Shown here piece by piece: positions 37,030 through 49,290 of a stretch of DNA of 64,000 nt. A program made the position numbers and the translations under genes. The notes under the pieces are model-generated. The model saw nothing but the letters and a program-made list of their open reading frames with translations, ran no database searches and was not told the origin of the DNA. Within the stretch, counting starts at the first letter, position 1. Every line of letters starts with the position of its first letter. The DNA is from Mobula hypostoma (Eukaryota). Location: assembly GCF_963921235.1 (NCBI RefSeq), contig NC_086107.1, positions 101,930,001 to 101,994,000 on the forward strand, in the 5' to 3' direction.

Positions 37030-39240
37030 AATGTGGGAAATGTTTAGGGGATATTTGTGTGGGGTTCTGCATAGGTATATCCCAATGAGACAGGGAGAGG
37101 ATGGTAGGGTAAAGAACCGTGGTGTACAAATGCTGTTGTAAATCTAGTCAAGAAGAAAAGAGCTTACAAAAGGTTCAAAAAACTAGGTAATGATAGAGAT
37201 CTAGAAAATTATAAGGCTGGCAGGAAGGAGCTTAAGAATGAAATTAGGAGAGCCATGAAGAGGCCATGAGAAGGCTTTGGCAGACAAGATTAAGGAAAAC
37301 CCCAAGGAATTCTACAAGTGCATGAAGAGCAAGAGGATAAGACATGAGAGAATAGGACCAATCAAGTGTGACTGTGGAAAAGTGTGTATGGAACCGGAGG
37401 ATATAGCAGAGGAACTTAATGAATACTTTGCTTCAGTATTCACTACAGAAAAGGATCTTGGCAATTGTAGGGATGACTTACAGCGGACTGGAAAAACTTG
37501 AGCATGTAGATATTAATGAAGAGGATGTGCTGGAGCTTTTGGAAAGCAACAAGTTGGATACGTCACCGGGACCAGATGGGATGTACCCCAGGCTATTGTG
37601 GGAAGTGAGGCAGGAGATTGCTGAGCCTCTGGCAATGATCTTTGCATCATCAATGAGGACGGGAGAGGTCCTGGAGGATTGGAGGGTTGCAGATGTTGTT
37701 CTCTTATTCAAGAAAGGGAGTAGAGATAGCCCAGGAAATTATAGACCAGTGAGTCTTACTTCAGTGGTTGGTAAGTTGATGGAGAAGATCCTGAGAGGCA
37801 GGATTTATGAACATTTGGAGAGGCATAATATGATTAGGAATAGCCAGCATGGCTTTGTCAAAGGCAGGTCGTGCCTTACGAACCTGATTGAATCTTTTGA
37901 GGATGTGACTAAACACATTGATGAAGGTAGAGCCATAGATGTATTGTATATGGATTTCAGCAAGGCATTTGATAAGGTACCCCATGCAAGACTTATTGAG
38001 AAAGTAAGGAGGCATGGGATCCAAGAGGACATGGCTTTGTGGATCCAGAACTTGTTCGCCTACAGAAGGCAAAGAGTGATTGTAAGTGGTTCATATTCTG
38101 CATGGAGGTCGGTGACCAGTGGTGCACCTCAGGGATCTGCTCTGGGACCCATACTCTTTGTGATTTTTATAAATGACCTGTGTAGATAGTGTGGAGGGCT
38201 GTCAGAGATTACAGCGGGACATTGATAGGATGCAAAACTGAGAAATGGCAGATGGAGTTCAACCCAGATAAGTGTGAGATGGTTCATTTTGGTAGGTCAA
38301 ATATGATGGCAGAATATAGCATTAATGGTTAGACTCTTGGCAGTGTGGAGGATCAGAGGGATCTTGGAGCCCGAGTCCATGGGATACTCAAAGCTGCTAC
38401 ACAGGTTGACTCTGTGGTTAAGAAGGCATACGGTGCACTGGCTTTCATCAATCATGGGATTGAGTTTAAGAGCTGACAGGTAATGTTGCAGCTATATGGG
38501 ACCCTGATCAGACCTCACTTGGAGTACTGTGCTCAATTCTGATCACCTCACTACAGGAAGGACATGGAAACCATAGAAAGGGTGCAGAGGAGATTTACAA
38601 GGAGGTTGCCTGGATTGGGGAGCATGCCTTATGAGAATAGGTTGAGTGAACTCGGCCTTTTCTCCTTGGAGCAACGGAGGGTGAGAGGTGACCTGATAGA
38701 GGTGTACAAGATAATGAGAGGCAGTGATCGTGTGGATAGTCAGAGGCTTTTTCCCGGGGCTGAAATATCTAGCATGAGAGGGCATAGCTTTAAGGTGCTT
38801 GAAAGTAGGTACAGAGGAGATATCAGGGGTAAGTTTTTTACACAGAGAGTGGTGAGTGTTTGGAATGGGCTGCCGGCAGCGGTGGTGGAGGCGGAAACGA
38901 TAGGGTCTTTTAAGAGACTCCTGGATAGGTGCATGAAGCTTAGAAAAATAGAAGGCTATGGGTAAGCCTAGTTGGTTCTAAGGTAAGGACTTGTTCGGCA
39001 CAGCTTTGTGGGCCGAAGGGCCTGTATTGTGCCAAGTGAGGTCTGACCAGGGTCCTATATAGCTGCAACATTACCTGTCAGCTCTTAAACTCAATCCCAC
39101 GATTGATGAAAGCCAGTGCACTGTTTGCCTTCTTAACCACAGAGTCAACTTGTGTAGCAGCTTTGAGTATCCCATGGACTCGGGTCCCAAGATCCCTCTG
39201 ATCCTCCACACTGCCAAGAGTCTAGGTTTCTATGTTTCTA
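37030..39240 (+). mobile_element. 5'-truncated CR1 LINE with internal inverted duplication
   Basis: [35 protein letters not shown]; the FADD region is deleted; tail tttctatgtttcta. Confidence 0.93.
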
Positions 39241-39451
39241 ATTGATTGTGGACCTCAGAAAAGGGAAGTCGAGGGAACACATACCTAACTTCACCAAAGG
39301 ATCAGCAGTGTCAACATCTCTGAAGATCTATCCTGATCCCAACATATTAATGCAATTACAAAGAAAACACAACAGTGGCTATATTTCACTAAGAATTTGA
39401 GGAGAATCAGTGTGTCACCAAAGATGCTCGCAATTTTCTAGAGATGTACAT

Positions 39452-42061
39452 GGAAATGGCAAGGGTAAAAAGACACTAATAGCAGTTATATACAGGCCTC
39501 GAAACAGCAGCCAGGATGTGGACTGCAAGTTACAGCTGGAAATAGAAAAAGCGTGTCAGAAGGAAAATATCAAGATAATTATGGGGGATTTTAATATGAA
39601 AGTGGATTGGGAAAGTCAGGAAGGTACCGGATCTCAGGAGAGGGAGTTTGTAGAATGCCTACAGGATGGCTTTTTGGAGCAGCTTGCCCAGAAGCCCACC
39701 AGGGGATCGGCTGTTTTGGATTGGGTGCTGTGTAATGAACCTGAGGCGATTAGGGAGCTGGAGGTAATGGAACCCCTTGGAAGTAGTGATCAAAATATGA
39801 TTGAGTTCAGTTTCAAATTTGAAAAGGAGAAGCTGGTATCAGGTGTATGGATATTTCAGTGGAACAAAGGAAATTACAGTGGTATGAGAGAGGAACTGGC
39901 CCAAGTAGATTGGAAAAGTAAGCTAGATGGAGGGACGGTAGAGCAGAATTGGATGAAATTCCAACAAGAAATAAGGAAAGTACAGAAAAAATATATTCCA
40001 AGAAAAAAGAAAATCACGAATGGAAAAATGGCACAAATATGGCTAACGAGAGAAGTTAAGGCTAAAATAAAAGCAAAAGAGACGGCGTACAAGGAAGCAA
40101 AAATTAGTGGGAAAACTGAGCTCTGGACGACTTTTAAAAACTTACAAAAGGAAACTAAGAAAGTCATTAAGAAAGAAAAGATGAATTATGAAAGGAAGTT
40201 GGCAATTAACATTAAATAGGATACTAAGAGTTATTTTAAATATATGAAGAGTAAAAGAGTGACACAGGTAGATATAGGACTGATTGAAAATAATGCTGGA
40301 GAAATTATAATAGGTAACAAAGAGATGGCAGAGAAGCTAAACGAGTATTTTGCATCAGTCTTCACGGTGGAAGACATTAGCAACATACCTGATAGCCAGA
40401 GGTCTCAGGGAATAGAATTAGGTACAGTCAAGATTACTAGAGAGAAAGTGCTTGGGAAGCTAAATGGACTAAGAATAGATAAGTCTCCCAGAATGGATGA
40501 GGTGCACCCATGAGTTCTGAAGGAGGTGGCTTTGGAGATTGTGGAGGCATTGGAAATGATCTTCCAGGAATCAATAGACTGTGGTATGGTTCCGGAGGAC
40601 TGGAAGGTTGCAAATGTAGTTCCGCTGTTTAAGAAAAGAGGGAGGCAGCAAAAAGAAAATTACAGACCTATTAGTCTGACATCGGTACTTGGAAAGTTAT
40701 TGGAGTCGATCCTCAAAAACGAGGTTATGAAATACTTCGAGGTGCATGACAAGATAGGTCCAAGCCAGCATGGTTTCATGAAGGGAAGATCCTGCTTCAC
40801 CAACCTATTGGAATTTTTTGAGGTAATCTCAAATAAGATTGATAAGGGAGAGGCTGTGGATGTTGTGTATTTGGATTTTCAAAAGGCCTTCGATAAGGTG
40901 CCGCATAAGAGGCTGCTTAATAAGATGAGAGCCCATGGAATTACAGGAAAGATATTGGAATGGGTGGAGCATTGGCTGATAGGCAGAAAGCAAAGGATGG
41001 GAATAAAGTGATCCTATTCTGACTGGTTGCCAGTTACTAGTGATGTTTCGCGGGGGTCAGTGTTGTGGCCGCTTCTTTTTACAATGTATATCGATGATTT
41101 AGATTATGGATTAAATGGTTTTGTGGCTAGGTTTGTGGATGACACCAAGGTAGGTGCAGGAGCAGGAAGTGTTGAAAAAAACAGAAAGGTTGCAGAGAGA
41201 TTTGGTCAGTTTAAGAGAGTGGGCAAAAAAATGGCAGATGAGATACAATGTTAAGAAATGTACGGTTGTACATTTTGGAAGAAGAAATAATTGGGCAGAT
41301 TATTATTTAGATGGGGAGAAAATTCAAAAATCAGAAGTCAAAGGGACTTGGCGGTCCTCGTGCAGGATACCCTAAAGGTTAACCACCAGGTTGTATCGGC
41401 AGTAAGGAAAGCGAATGCTATGTTGGCATTCATTTCATGAGGAATAGTGTAAAAGAGTAAGGAGGAGTTGATGAGGCTCTATGGGGCATTGGTGAGAGCT
41501 CATTTGGAATACTGTGTGCAGTTTTGGGCCCCCTATCTTAAAAGGGATATTCTGATATTGGACAGAATTCAGAGAAGATTTACGAGGATGATTCCTGGAA
41601 TGCAGGAGCTAACATATGAAGAGTGTTTGTCAGTTCTTGGACTGTACTCATTAGAGTATAGAAGAATGAGAGGGGATCTCATAGAAACATTTTGAATGTT
41701 GAAAGGGTTGGACAGAGTAGATGTGGAAAGGCTGTTTCCCTTGGTGGGTGAGTCCAGGACAAGAGGCCACAGTCTTAGAATTAGAGGGTACCCATTTAAA
41801 ACAGAGATGAGGAGAAATTTTTTTAGCCAGAGGGTCGTGGATTTATGGAATTCGTTGCCACGTACAGCTGTGGAGGCGCGATCATTGAGAGTGTTTATGG
41901 AGGAGATTGATAGGTATCTAATTAGCAGAGTATCAAGGGATATGAGGAAAAAGCCGGAAACTGGAACTAGATGGGAGAATAGTTTAGCTCGTGGTGGAGT
42001 GGCAGAGCAGACTCGATGGGCCGAATGGCCTACTTCTACTCCTTTGTCTTGTGATCTTGTG
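39452..42061 (+). mobile_element. 5'-truncated CR1 LINE (endonuclease C-term + RT, several stops)
   Basis: IYRP, IMGDFN, LDWVL, SDQNMIEF, YRPISLTS, RFVDD; tail tgtcttgtgatcttgtg. Confidence 0.95.
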
Positions 42062-42524
42062 AAAACATTCTAAATGGTTGCATCACCGTCTGGTATGGAG
42101 GGAACACTGCACAGGATCGGAAAGATCTGCAGAAAGATGTCAAGTCAGCCAGCTCCGTCGTGGGCACTAGACTGTCCAGCACTGAGGATATTTTCAAAAC
42201 ACGAGGTCTCAAAAAGGCACCATCCATGACTAAGGACCCCCATCACCCAGGACATGCACTCCTCTCAATGCTGCCATCAAGAAGGAAGCACGTGTGTCTG
42301 TAGACACACACTAAACATTTCAGGAACAGTTTTTGCCATCAGATCTATGAATGGACAATGAACACTACCTCACTATTTTTCTTCCCCTTTTGCACTACAT
42401 ATTTAATTAAATTTACATATTGGAATTTATAGCTTTTATGATTATGTATTGCAGTGCACTGCTGCTGCAAAACAACAAATTTCACGACATATACTAGTAA
42501 TAAATTTGTGGAATTTATTCTGAT

Positions 42525-45500
42525 TCTGGTTTTATGGCCAAGTTTGCAGATGATACAAAGATAGGTGGAGGTAGTGTTGAGAAAGCAAGGAGTCTAAGAA
42601 AGAACTTGGACTGATTCGCAAAATGGGCAAAGAAGTGGCAGATGGAATATAGTTTAGGGAAATGTATGATCATGCACTTTGGTAGAAGAAATAAGAGCAT
42701 GGTCTATATTCTATACAGGGAGCGAATTCAGAAATTGGTGGTGCAAAGGGACTTGCAAGTCCTAGTGCAGGATTCCCTGAAGGTTAATTTACAGATTGAG
42801 TTGGAAGGCAAATGCAATGTTAGCATTTGTTTCTACACTAGAATATAAAGACCATAAGACCATAAGACAAAGGAGCAGAAGTAGGCCATTCGGCCCATCG
42901 AGTCTGTTCCGCCATTTTATCATGAGCTGATCCATTTTATCCTATTTAGTCCCACTGCCCCGCCTTCTCACCATAACTTTTGATGCCCTGGCTACTCAGA
43001 TACCTATCAATCTCTGCCTTAAAGACACCCAATGACTTGGCCTCCACTGCTGCCCGTGGCAACAAATTCCATAGATTCACCACCCTCTGACTAAAAAAAT
43101 TTTTTCGCATTTCTGTTCTGAAAGGGCGCCCTTCAATCCTGAAGACATGCCCTCTCGTACTAGACTCCCCCATCATGGGAAACAACTTTGCCACATCCAC
43201 TCTGTCCATGCCTTTTAACATTCGAAATGTTTCTATGAGGTCTCCCCTCATTCTTCTAAACTCCAAGGAATACAGTCCAAGAGCGGACAAACGTTCCTCA
43301 TATGTTAACCCTCTCATTCCCGGAATCATTCTAGTGAATCTTCTCTGTACCCTCTCCAACGTCAGCATATCCTTTCTTAAATAAGGAGACCAAAACTGCC
43401 CACAGTACTCCAAGTGAGGTCTCACCAGCGCCTTATAGAGCCTCAACATCACATCCCTGCTCCTATACTCTATTCCTCTAGAAATGAATGCCAACATTGC
43501 ATTCGCCTTCTTCACTACTGACTCAACCTGGAGGTTAAATTTAAGGGAATCCTGTACGAGGACTCCCAAGTCCCGTTGCATCTCAGAACTTTGAATTCTC
43601 TCCCCATTTAAATAATAGTCTGCCCGTTTATTTTTTCTGCCAAAGTGCATAACCATACACTTTCCAACAATGTACTTCATTTGCCACTTCTCTGCCCATT
43701 CTTCCAATCTATCCAAGTCTCTCTGCAGACTCTCCGTTTCCTCAGCACTACCAGCCCCTCCACCTATCTTTGTATCGTCAGCAAACTTAGCCACAAAGCC
43801 CTCTATTCCATAATCCAAATCGTTGATGTACAATGTAAAAAGAAGCGGCCCCAACACTGATCCCTGTGGAACACCACTGGTAACTGGCAGCCAACCAGAA
43901 TAGGATCCCTTTATTCCCACTCTCTGTTTCCTGTCAATCAGCCAACACTCTATCCACGTATGTAACTTTCCTGTAATTCCATGGGCTCTTATCTTGTTAA
44001 GCAGCCTCATGTGTGGCACCTTGTCAAAGGCCTTCTGAAAATCCAAATATACAACATCCACTACATCTCCCTTGTCTAGCCTACTGGTAATTTCGGCAAA
44101 AAATTGTAATAGGTTTGTCAGGCAGGATTTTCCTTTAAGGAATCCATGCTGAGTTCTGCCTATCTTGTCATATGCCTCCAGGTACTCTGTAACCTCATCC
44201 TTGACAATCGACTCCAACAACTTCCCAACCACCGACATCAAGCTAACAGGCCTATAATTTCCTTTTTGCTTCCTTGCCCCCTTCTTAAATAGCGGAGTGA
44301 CATTTGCAATCTTCCAGTCCTCCGGAACCATGCCAGAATCTATCGACTTTTGAAAGATCATCGCTAATGCCTCCGCAATCTCCACAGCTACTTCCTTCAG
44401 AACACGAGGGTGCATTCCATCTGGTCCAGGAGATATATCGACCTTTAGCCTATTCAGCTTCCTGAGTACTTTCTCTGTCGTAATTGTGACTGCGCACACT
44501 TCTCTTCCCTGCCACCCTTGAGTGTCCGGTATCCTGCTGTCTTCCTCAGTGAAGACTGATGCAAAATACTTGTTCAGTTCCTCTGCCATCTCCTCATCTC
44601 CCATTACAATTTCTCCAGTATCATTTTCTATCGGTCCTATATCTACTCTCACCTGTTTTTTACTCTTTATATACTTGAAAAAGCTTTTAGTATCCTCTTC
44701 GATATTATTTGCTAGTTTCCTTTAATAGTTAATCTTTTCTCTCTTAATGACCTTCTTGGTTTCCTTTTGTAAGGTTTTAAAGACTTCCCAATCCTCTGTC
44801 TTCCCACTAATTTTTGCTTCCTTGTATGCCCTCTCCTTAGCTTTAACTTTGGCTTTGACTTCTCTTGTCAACCACGGTTGCATCCTTTTTCCACCGAAAA
44901 TTTCTTCTTTTTTGGAATATACCTGCCTTGCACATTCCTCATTTCTCGCATAAACTCCAGCCACTGCTGCTCTGCCGTCTTTCCCGCCAGTGTCTCTTTC
45001 CAGTCAACTTTGGCCAGTTCCTCTCTCATGCCACTGTAGTTTCCTTTACTCCACTGAAACACCAACACATCAGATTTCGGCTTCTCTTTTTCTAATTTCA
45101 CAGTGAACTCAATCATGTTATGATCACTGTCTCCTAAGGGTTCCTTCACCTCAATCTCTCCAATCACCTCTGGTTCATTACACAATACCCAATCCAGTAC
45201 AGCCGATCCCCTAGTGGGCTCAACAACAAGCTGTTCTAAAAAGACATCTCACAGACATTCTACAAATTCTCTCTCTTGAGATCCAGAGCCGACCTGATTT
45301 TTCCAATCTACTCACATGATAAAATCCCCCACAATTATCATAACACTGCCCTTCTGACAAGCCTAAAAGCAGGAATGTAATGATAAATCTTTATAAGGCA
45401 TTGGTTAGACCACATTTTGAGTATTGTGAGCAGCTGTGGGCCCCATATGTAAGAAAGGATGTGCTGGCACTGGAGTGGGTCCAGAGGAGGTTTACGAGAA

Positions 45501-45815
45501 TAATCCTGGGAATCAAAGAGTTAATGTGTTAGGAACATTTGTTAGCTCCAGGCCCATACCCACTGGAGTTTAGAAGAATGAGGGGGAATCTCATTGAAAC
45601 CTAATGAATATTGAAAGGCCTAGATAGAGTGGACATGGAGAGAATGCTTCCAGAACTATTGACAGTCTAAAACAAGAGGGCACAGTCTCAGAACAGGACA
45701 CCCCTTTAGAACAGAGATGAGGAGGAGCTTCTTCAGCCGGAAGGTGGTGAATTTGTAGAATTTATTGCCACAGATGGCTGAGGTGGCCAATTCATTGGAT
45801 ATAGTTAAAGTGGGG
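42525..45815 (+). mobile_element. Older CR1 3' part split by a minus-strand CR1 (pieces ~42525-42845 and 45364-45815)
   Basis: gccaagtttgcagatgatac (AKFADD)...ctagaatataa resumes as taaaagcaggaatgtaatg. Confidence 0.8.
42846..45363 (-). mobile_element. Young 5'-truncated CR1 LINE; 568-aa open RT to C-terminus (44652-42946)
   Basis: Uninterrupted NYRPVSL...QHGFLKGKSCLTNL...GVPQGSVLGP...KFADD...RPHLEYC. A stop at ~44722 and a frameshift at ~44880 lie upstream. Tail (tcttatgg)n. Confidence 0.96.
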
Positions 45816-45959
45816 GTTTGATTATGGAGGCTTGCTAGTACTGAACAAGTGTGGCAGGGAGTGGAGATCAGAGTAGTAGATCAGCAAGAGGAGTGATTGA
45901 ACAGAAGGTAGAGCTGAAGTCAAGTAAGTCTAAAAAGAAAAACAGGCAGAGCCAGGATA

Positions 45960-46500
45960 TTGAACATAGTGAGACTGATGGTCTGAAGTGTTTATTTATT
46001 TTAATGAGTAAGGCAGATGTGCTTAGAACATGAATTAGTACATAGAACTACAATATTGTAGCCATTACAGAAACTAGGTTGAGAGATGGGAGGGAATGGC
46101 ATTTCAATATTTCAGGTCATCAGTGGTTCATACATGACAGAGAGGTTGAAGGTTTTTTGGTGGGTAAATCCACATTAGATATGTCAAAGATTTTTAAAGT
46201 CACTTGATTAGAGTTCAGGACCAGCATGTTCCTGTGAGGGTGAAAGATAAGGATGGCAAGGTTCAAAATCCTTAGATGACATCAGCTATGCAAAAGGAAG
46301 CATATATAAGGTGTAGGAAACTGAAATTGGGAACAGCCCTTGAGAAATATAAAGGAAAATGGGAAGAATTCTGATAGAGTGCCTTATGTTCTTACAGTCT
46401 AACCTATGCAAGAAATTGGGAACACTAAAGGGGCCATGAAATGTCCTGGCAAGGACAATTCCAAGGCATTTCATATATGTAGGGAGAGAGCAATACAGTA
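45960..46500 (+). mobile_element. Degenerate CR1 endonuclease-region fragments
   Basis: attgtagccattacagaaact (IVAITET), agagttcaggaccagcatgttcctgtgaggg. Confidence 0.55.
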
Positions 46501-46544
46501 GCTTGGGAAAGGACAAAGCAGTCAAAGAAGGGAGTTACAAATAC

Positions 46545-47560
46545 AAGAGAATTCTATCGATGCTGGAATATATACAAAATGTTAAAGGAACTCAGCAGGT
46601 CAGGCAGCGTCTATGGAATAGAATAAACAATCAATGTTTGGTGAGATCCTCCATCAGGACTGGAAAGGAAGGGGGAAGAAGTCAGAATAAGAAGGTGGAG
46701 AGAGGGGAAGGAACACAAGCTAGAAGGTGACAGGTGAAGCCAAGTGGGTGGGGGAGGGGGCAGATGAAGTAAGAAGCTAGGAGGTGATTGGTGGAAAAGG
46801 TAAAAGGCTGAAGAGAAAAAAATCTGATAGGAGAGGAGAGTGGATCGTGGTAGAAAACGAAGGAGGAGGGGCACCAGTGGCAGGTGATAGGCAAGTAAGG
46901 AGAAGAGAAGAGGTAAGAGGGGTGCCAGAGTGAGGACTGGAAGAAGAGAGAATGGTGAAGGGGAAAAGTTGTTGGAAGTTGGAGAAATTGATGTTCATGC
47001 CATCAGGTTGGAGGCTACCCAGACAAGATATGAGGTGTTGCTTCTCCAACTTGAGAGTGGCCTTATTATGTCAGTAGAGGAGGCCAGGGATTGACATGTC
47101 GGAATAGGAATGAGGAGATTGGAATTAAAATGGTTTGCATCAGGGAATCCTGCTTGCTGCAGAAGGAGTGAAGATGCTCAACAAAGCAGTCCCTCAATCT
47201 ACGTCAGATCTCACCAAAGTTTAGGAGGCCCCATCAGGAGCACTGGATACAATAGATGGCGCCAACAGATATGCAGGTGAAGTGTTGCCTCAGCTAGAAG
47301 AACTGTTTGGGGCCCTGAACAGAGGTGAGAGAGGCGGTGAATAGGAGGGTGTAGCACTTCTTCCATTTGCAGGGCCAAGTGCCAGGAAGGAGATTAGTGG
47401 GGAGGGACGAATGAACAAGAGAATAACAGGAAGAGTGATCTCAGCAGAAGGCGGAGAGTAGAGGGGAATTTAAGATGTATTTGGTGATAGGATCCCGTTG
47501 AAGATGACGGAAGTTACAGCTAATGATGTGCTGGATGCAGGGGCTCATGGAGTGGCAGGT
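46545..47560 (-). mobile_element. Penelope-like 3' fragment (GIY-YIG remnant + terminus)
   Basis: EKQHLISCLGSLQPDGMNINFSNF; similar to 30806-31800. Confidence 0.85.
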
Positions 47561-47564
47561 AAGG

Positions 47565-48080
47565 GAGTTTATGTGTAAAGCCAGAGGAAGTGAACGAAGT
47601 CCTTTTTTGCTTCAGTATTTGCCAAGGAGGAAGACATGGATGATGGTGAGTTCAGGAAAGTACTGGCTTGTTTTCTCTGAGTGGTGGAGGCTGAGGAGAA
47701 ATTTTCTTGAGGTTTATTAGATTATGGATAGAGTATGCAGCCAGTATCATTTTTACCAGAGTCAAAATATCTGATGCTAGAGGGCATTAATTTAGTGTGA
47801 CAGGGAGTACATTCAAAGGAAATGTACAGGACAAGCTTTTTGTAAAGAATGACAGTTGCCTGGAATGCGCTATCAGGGATGGTAGTGGTGTTGAGCACGA
47901 TAGAGGTGTTCAAGAGGCACTTAGATAGGCATATGGATGTACAGAGAATGGAAGGATATGAATATTGTGTGGAGAGAAGGGTTTACCTTAGTAAACTATT
48001 TGATTACTAGCTTAATCAGTTCAGCACAACATTGTGGGTCAAAGAGCCTGGTCCTGTGCTGAATGGTTCAATGTTCTTTG
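47565..48080 (+). mobile_element. CR1 internally deleted / 3' fragment
   Basis: tttgcttcagtatt...gttgcctggaatgcgct...ggtcctgtgctgaatggttcaatgttct. Confidence 0.65.
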
Positions 48081-49290
48081 TCTGTTGATATTCCACAGCA
48101 GGTTGCTATTAAGAAGGAAGAGGTGTTGGGTGTTTTGAAAAACATCTGGATAAGTCCCCAAGACATGGTGCGATCTATCCCATAATGCTCAGAGAAGCAA
48201 GGGAGGTTATTGCTAGAGCCTTAACAAAGATTTTTGTATCATCTTTAGCCACGGTCTAGATACCGGATGACTAGAGAATAGCCAGTGTTGTTGCTTTGTT
48301 GAAGAGCAACAGGAACAAACCAGGAAATAATCGGCCATTGAGCTCTACATCATCAGAAAGGAAGCTACTGGAGAAGAGTCCAGGGACAGTATTTACTTGC
48401 ATTTGGAAAAGCATGAACTTATTCTGGATAGTCAGCATGGGTCTGTGCAGGAGAGGTCCTAGCTCATAAATTTGCTTGATTTTTTAGAGGAGGTGATGAA
48501 AATGACTGATGATAGTAAGACAGTGTGGATGTTGTATACACATGGACTTTAATACTACATTTGACAAGCTCCCTCATTGTACACTAATCCAGATTAAGCC
48601 AAATTGATCTGATAAATTGGATCCAAAATTGGCTTACTCATATAAGATGAGAGGTGTTTTTGTGACTGGAGGTCTTTGCCCAGCAGTGTTCCACAAGAAT
48701 CTGTTTGAAAAATATATTAATGAATTAGATGCAAATATAGATGGTTTGGTCAATGAGTTTGCAAATGACATGATAGTTTGTAGAGTTATGCATAGCAAGG
48801 GACATTGTCAAATGATACAGCAGGATATAGATCAGTTAAGACATCAGAGTGAAGAAATGGCAGATGAAACTTAATCCAAACTGCTATAAGATGATGCAGA
48901 AGCTGTAGAAGTACAGGAACCTTAGGAACATTCATGTACAGAGGGATATTGGAGTGTACATCTATTGTTCTTTCAAAGTGGCAACATAAGTGGATAGGAA
49001 AATAAAGAAGCTATACAGCATGCTAGCCTTCATGAGTTGGAGCACTGTGTATTAAAGTTGACAAGTCATGTTTCAGCTGCATAAATCTTTAGTTAAACCA
49101 CATTTGAAGTATTGTGTGTACTATACACTATAAGGAGGATAAAGAGGCTTTAGAAAGGGTATAGAAGAGGTTCATTAAGATATTGGCTAGATTAGAGAGT
49201 ATTAGCTATAACACAAATTTGAATTAACTTTCATTAGAACATTGGAGACTGAGATGTAATCTGACAGAAATATATAAAATTATGAGAGAC

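Larger units (their letters stand above)
36970..42505 (+). mobile_element. Rex1/Babar-like LINE 3' part split by two CR1s (pieces ~36970-37029, 39241-39451, 42062-42505)
   Basis: aacaaccttggcctcaacgtcagtaag, then attgtggacctcagaaaag...gatgtaca, then aacattctaaatggttgcatcaccgtctggtatgg are collinear with other Rex1-like copies here. Confidence 0.78.
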
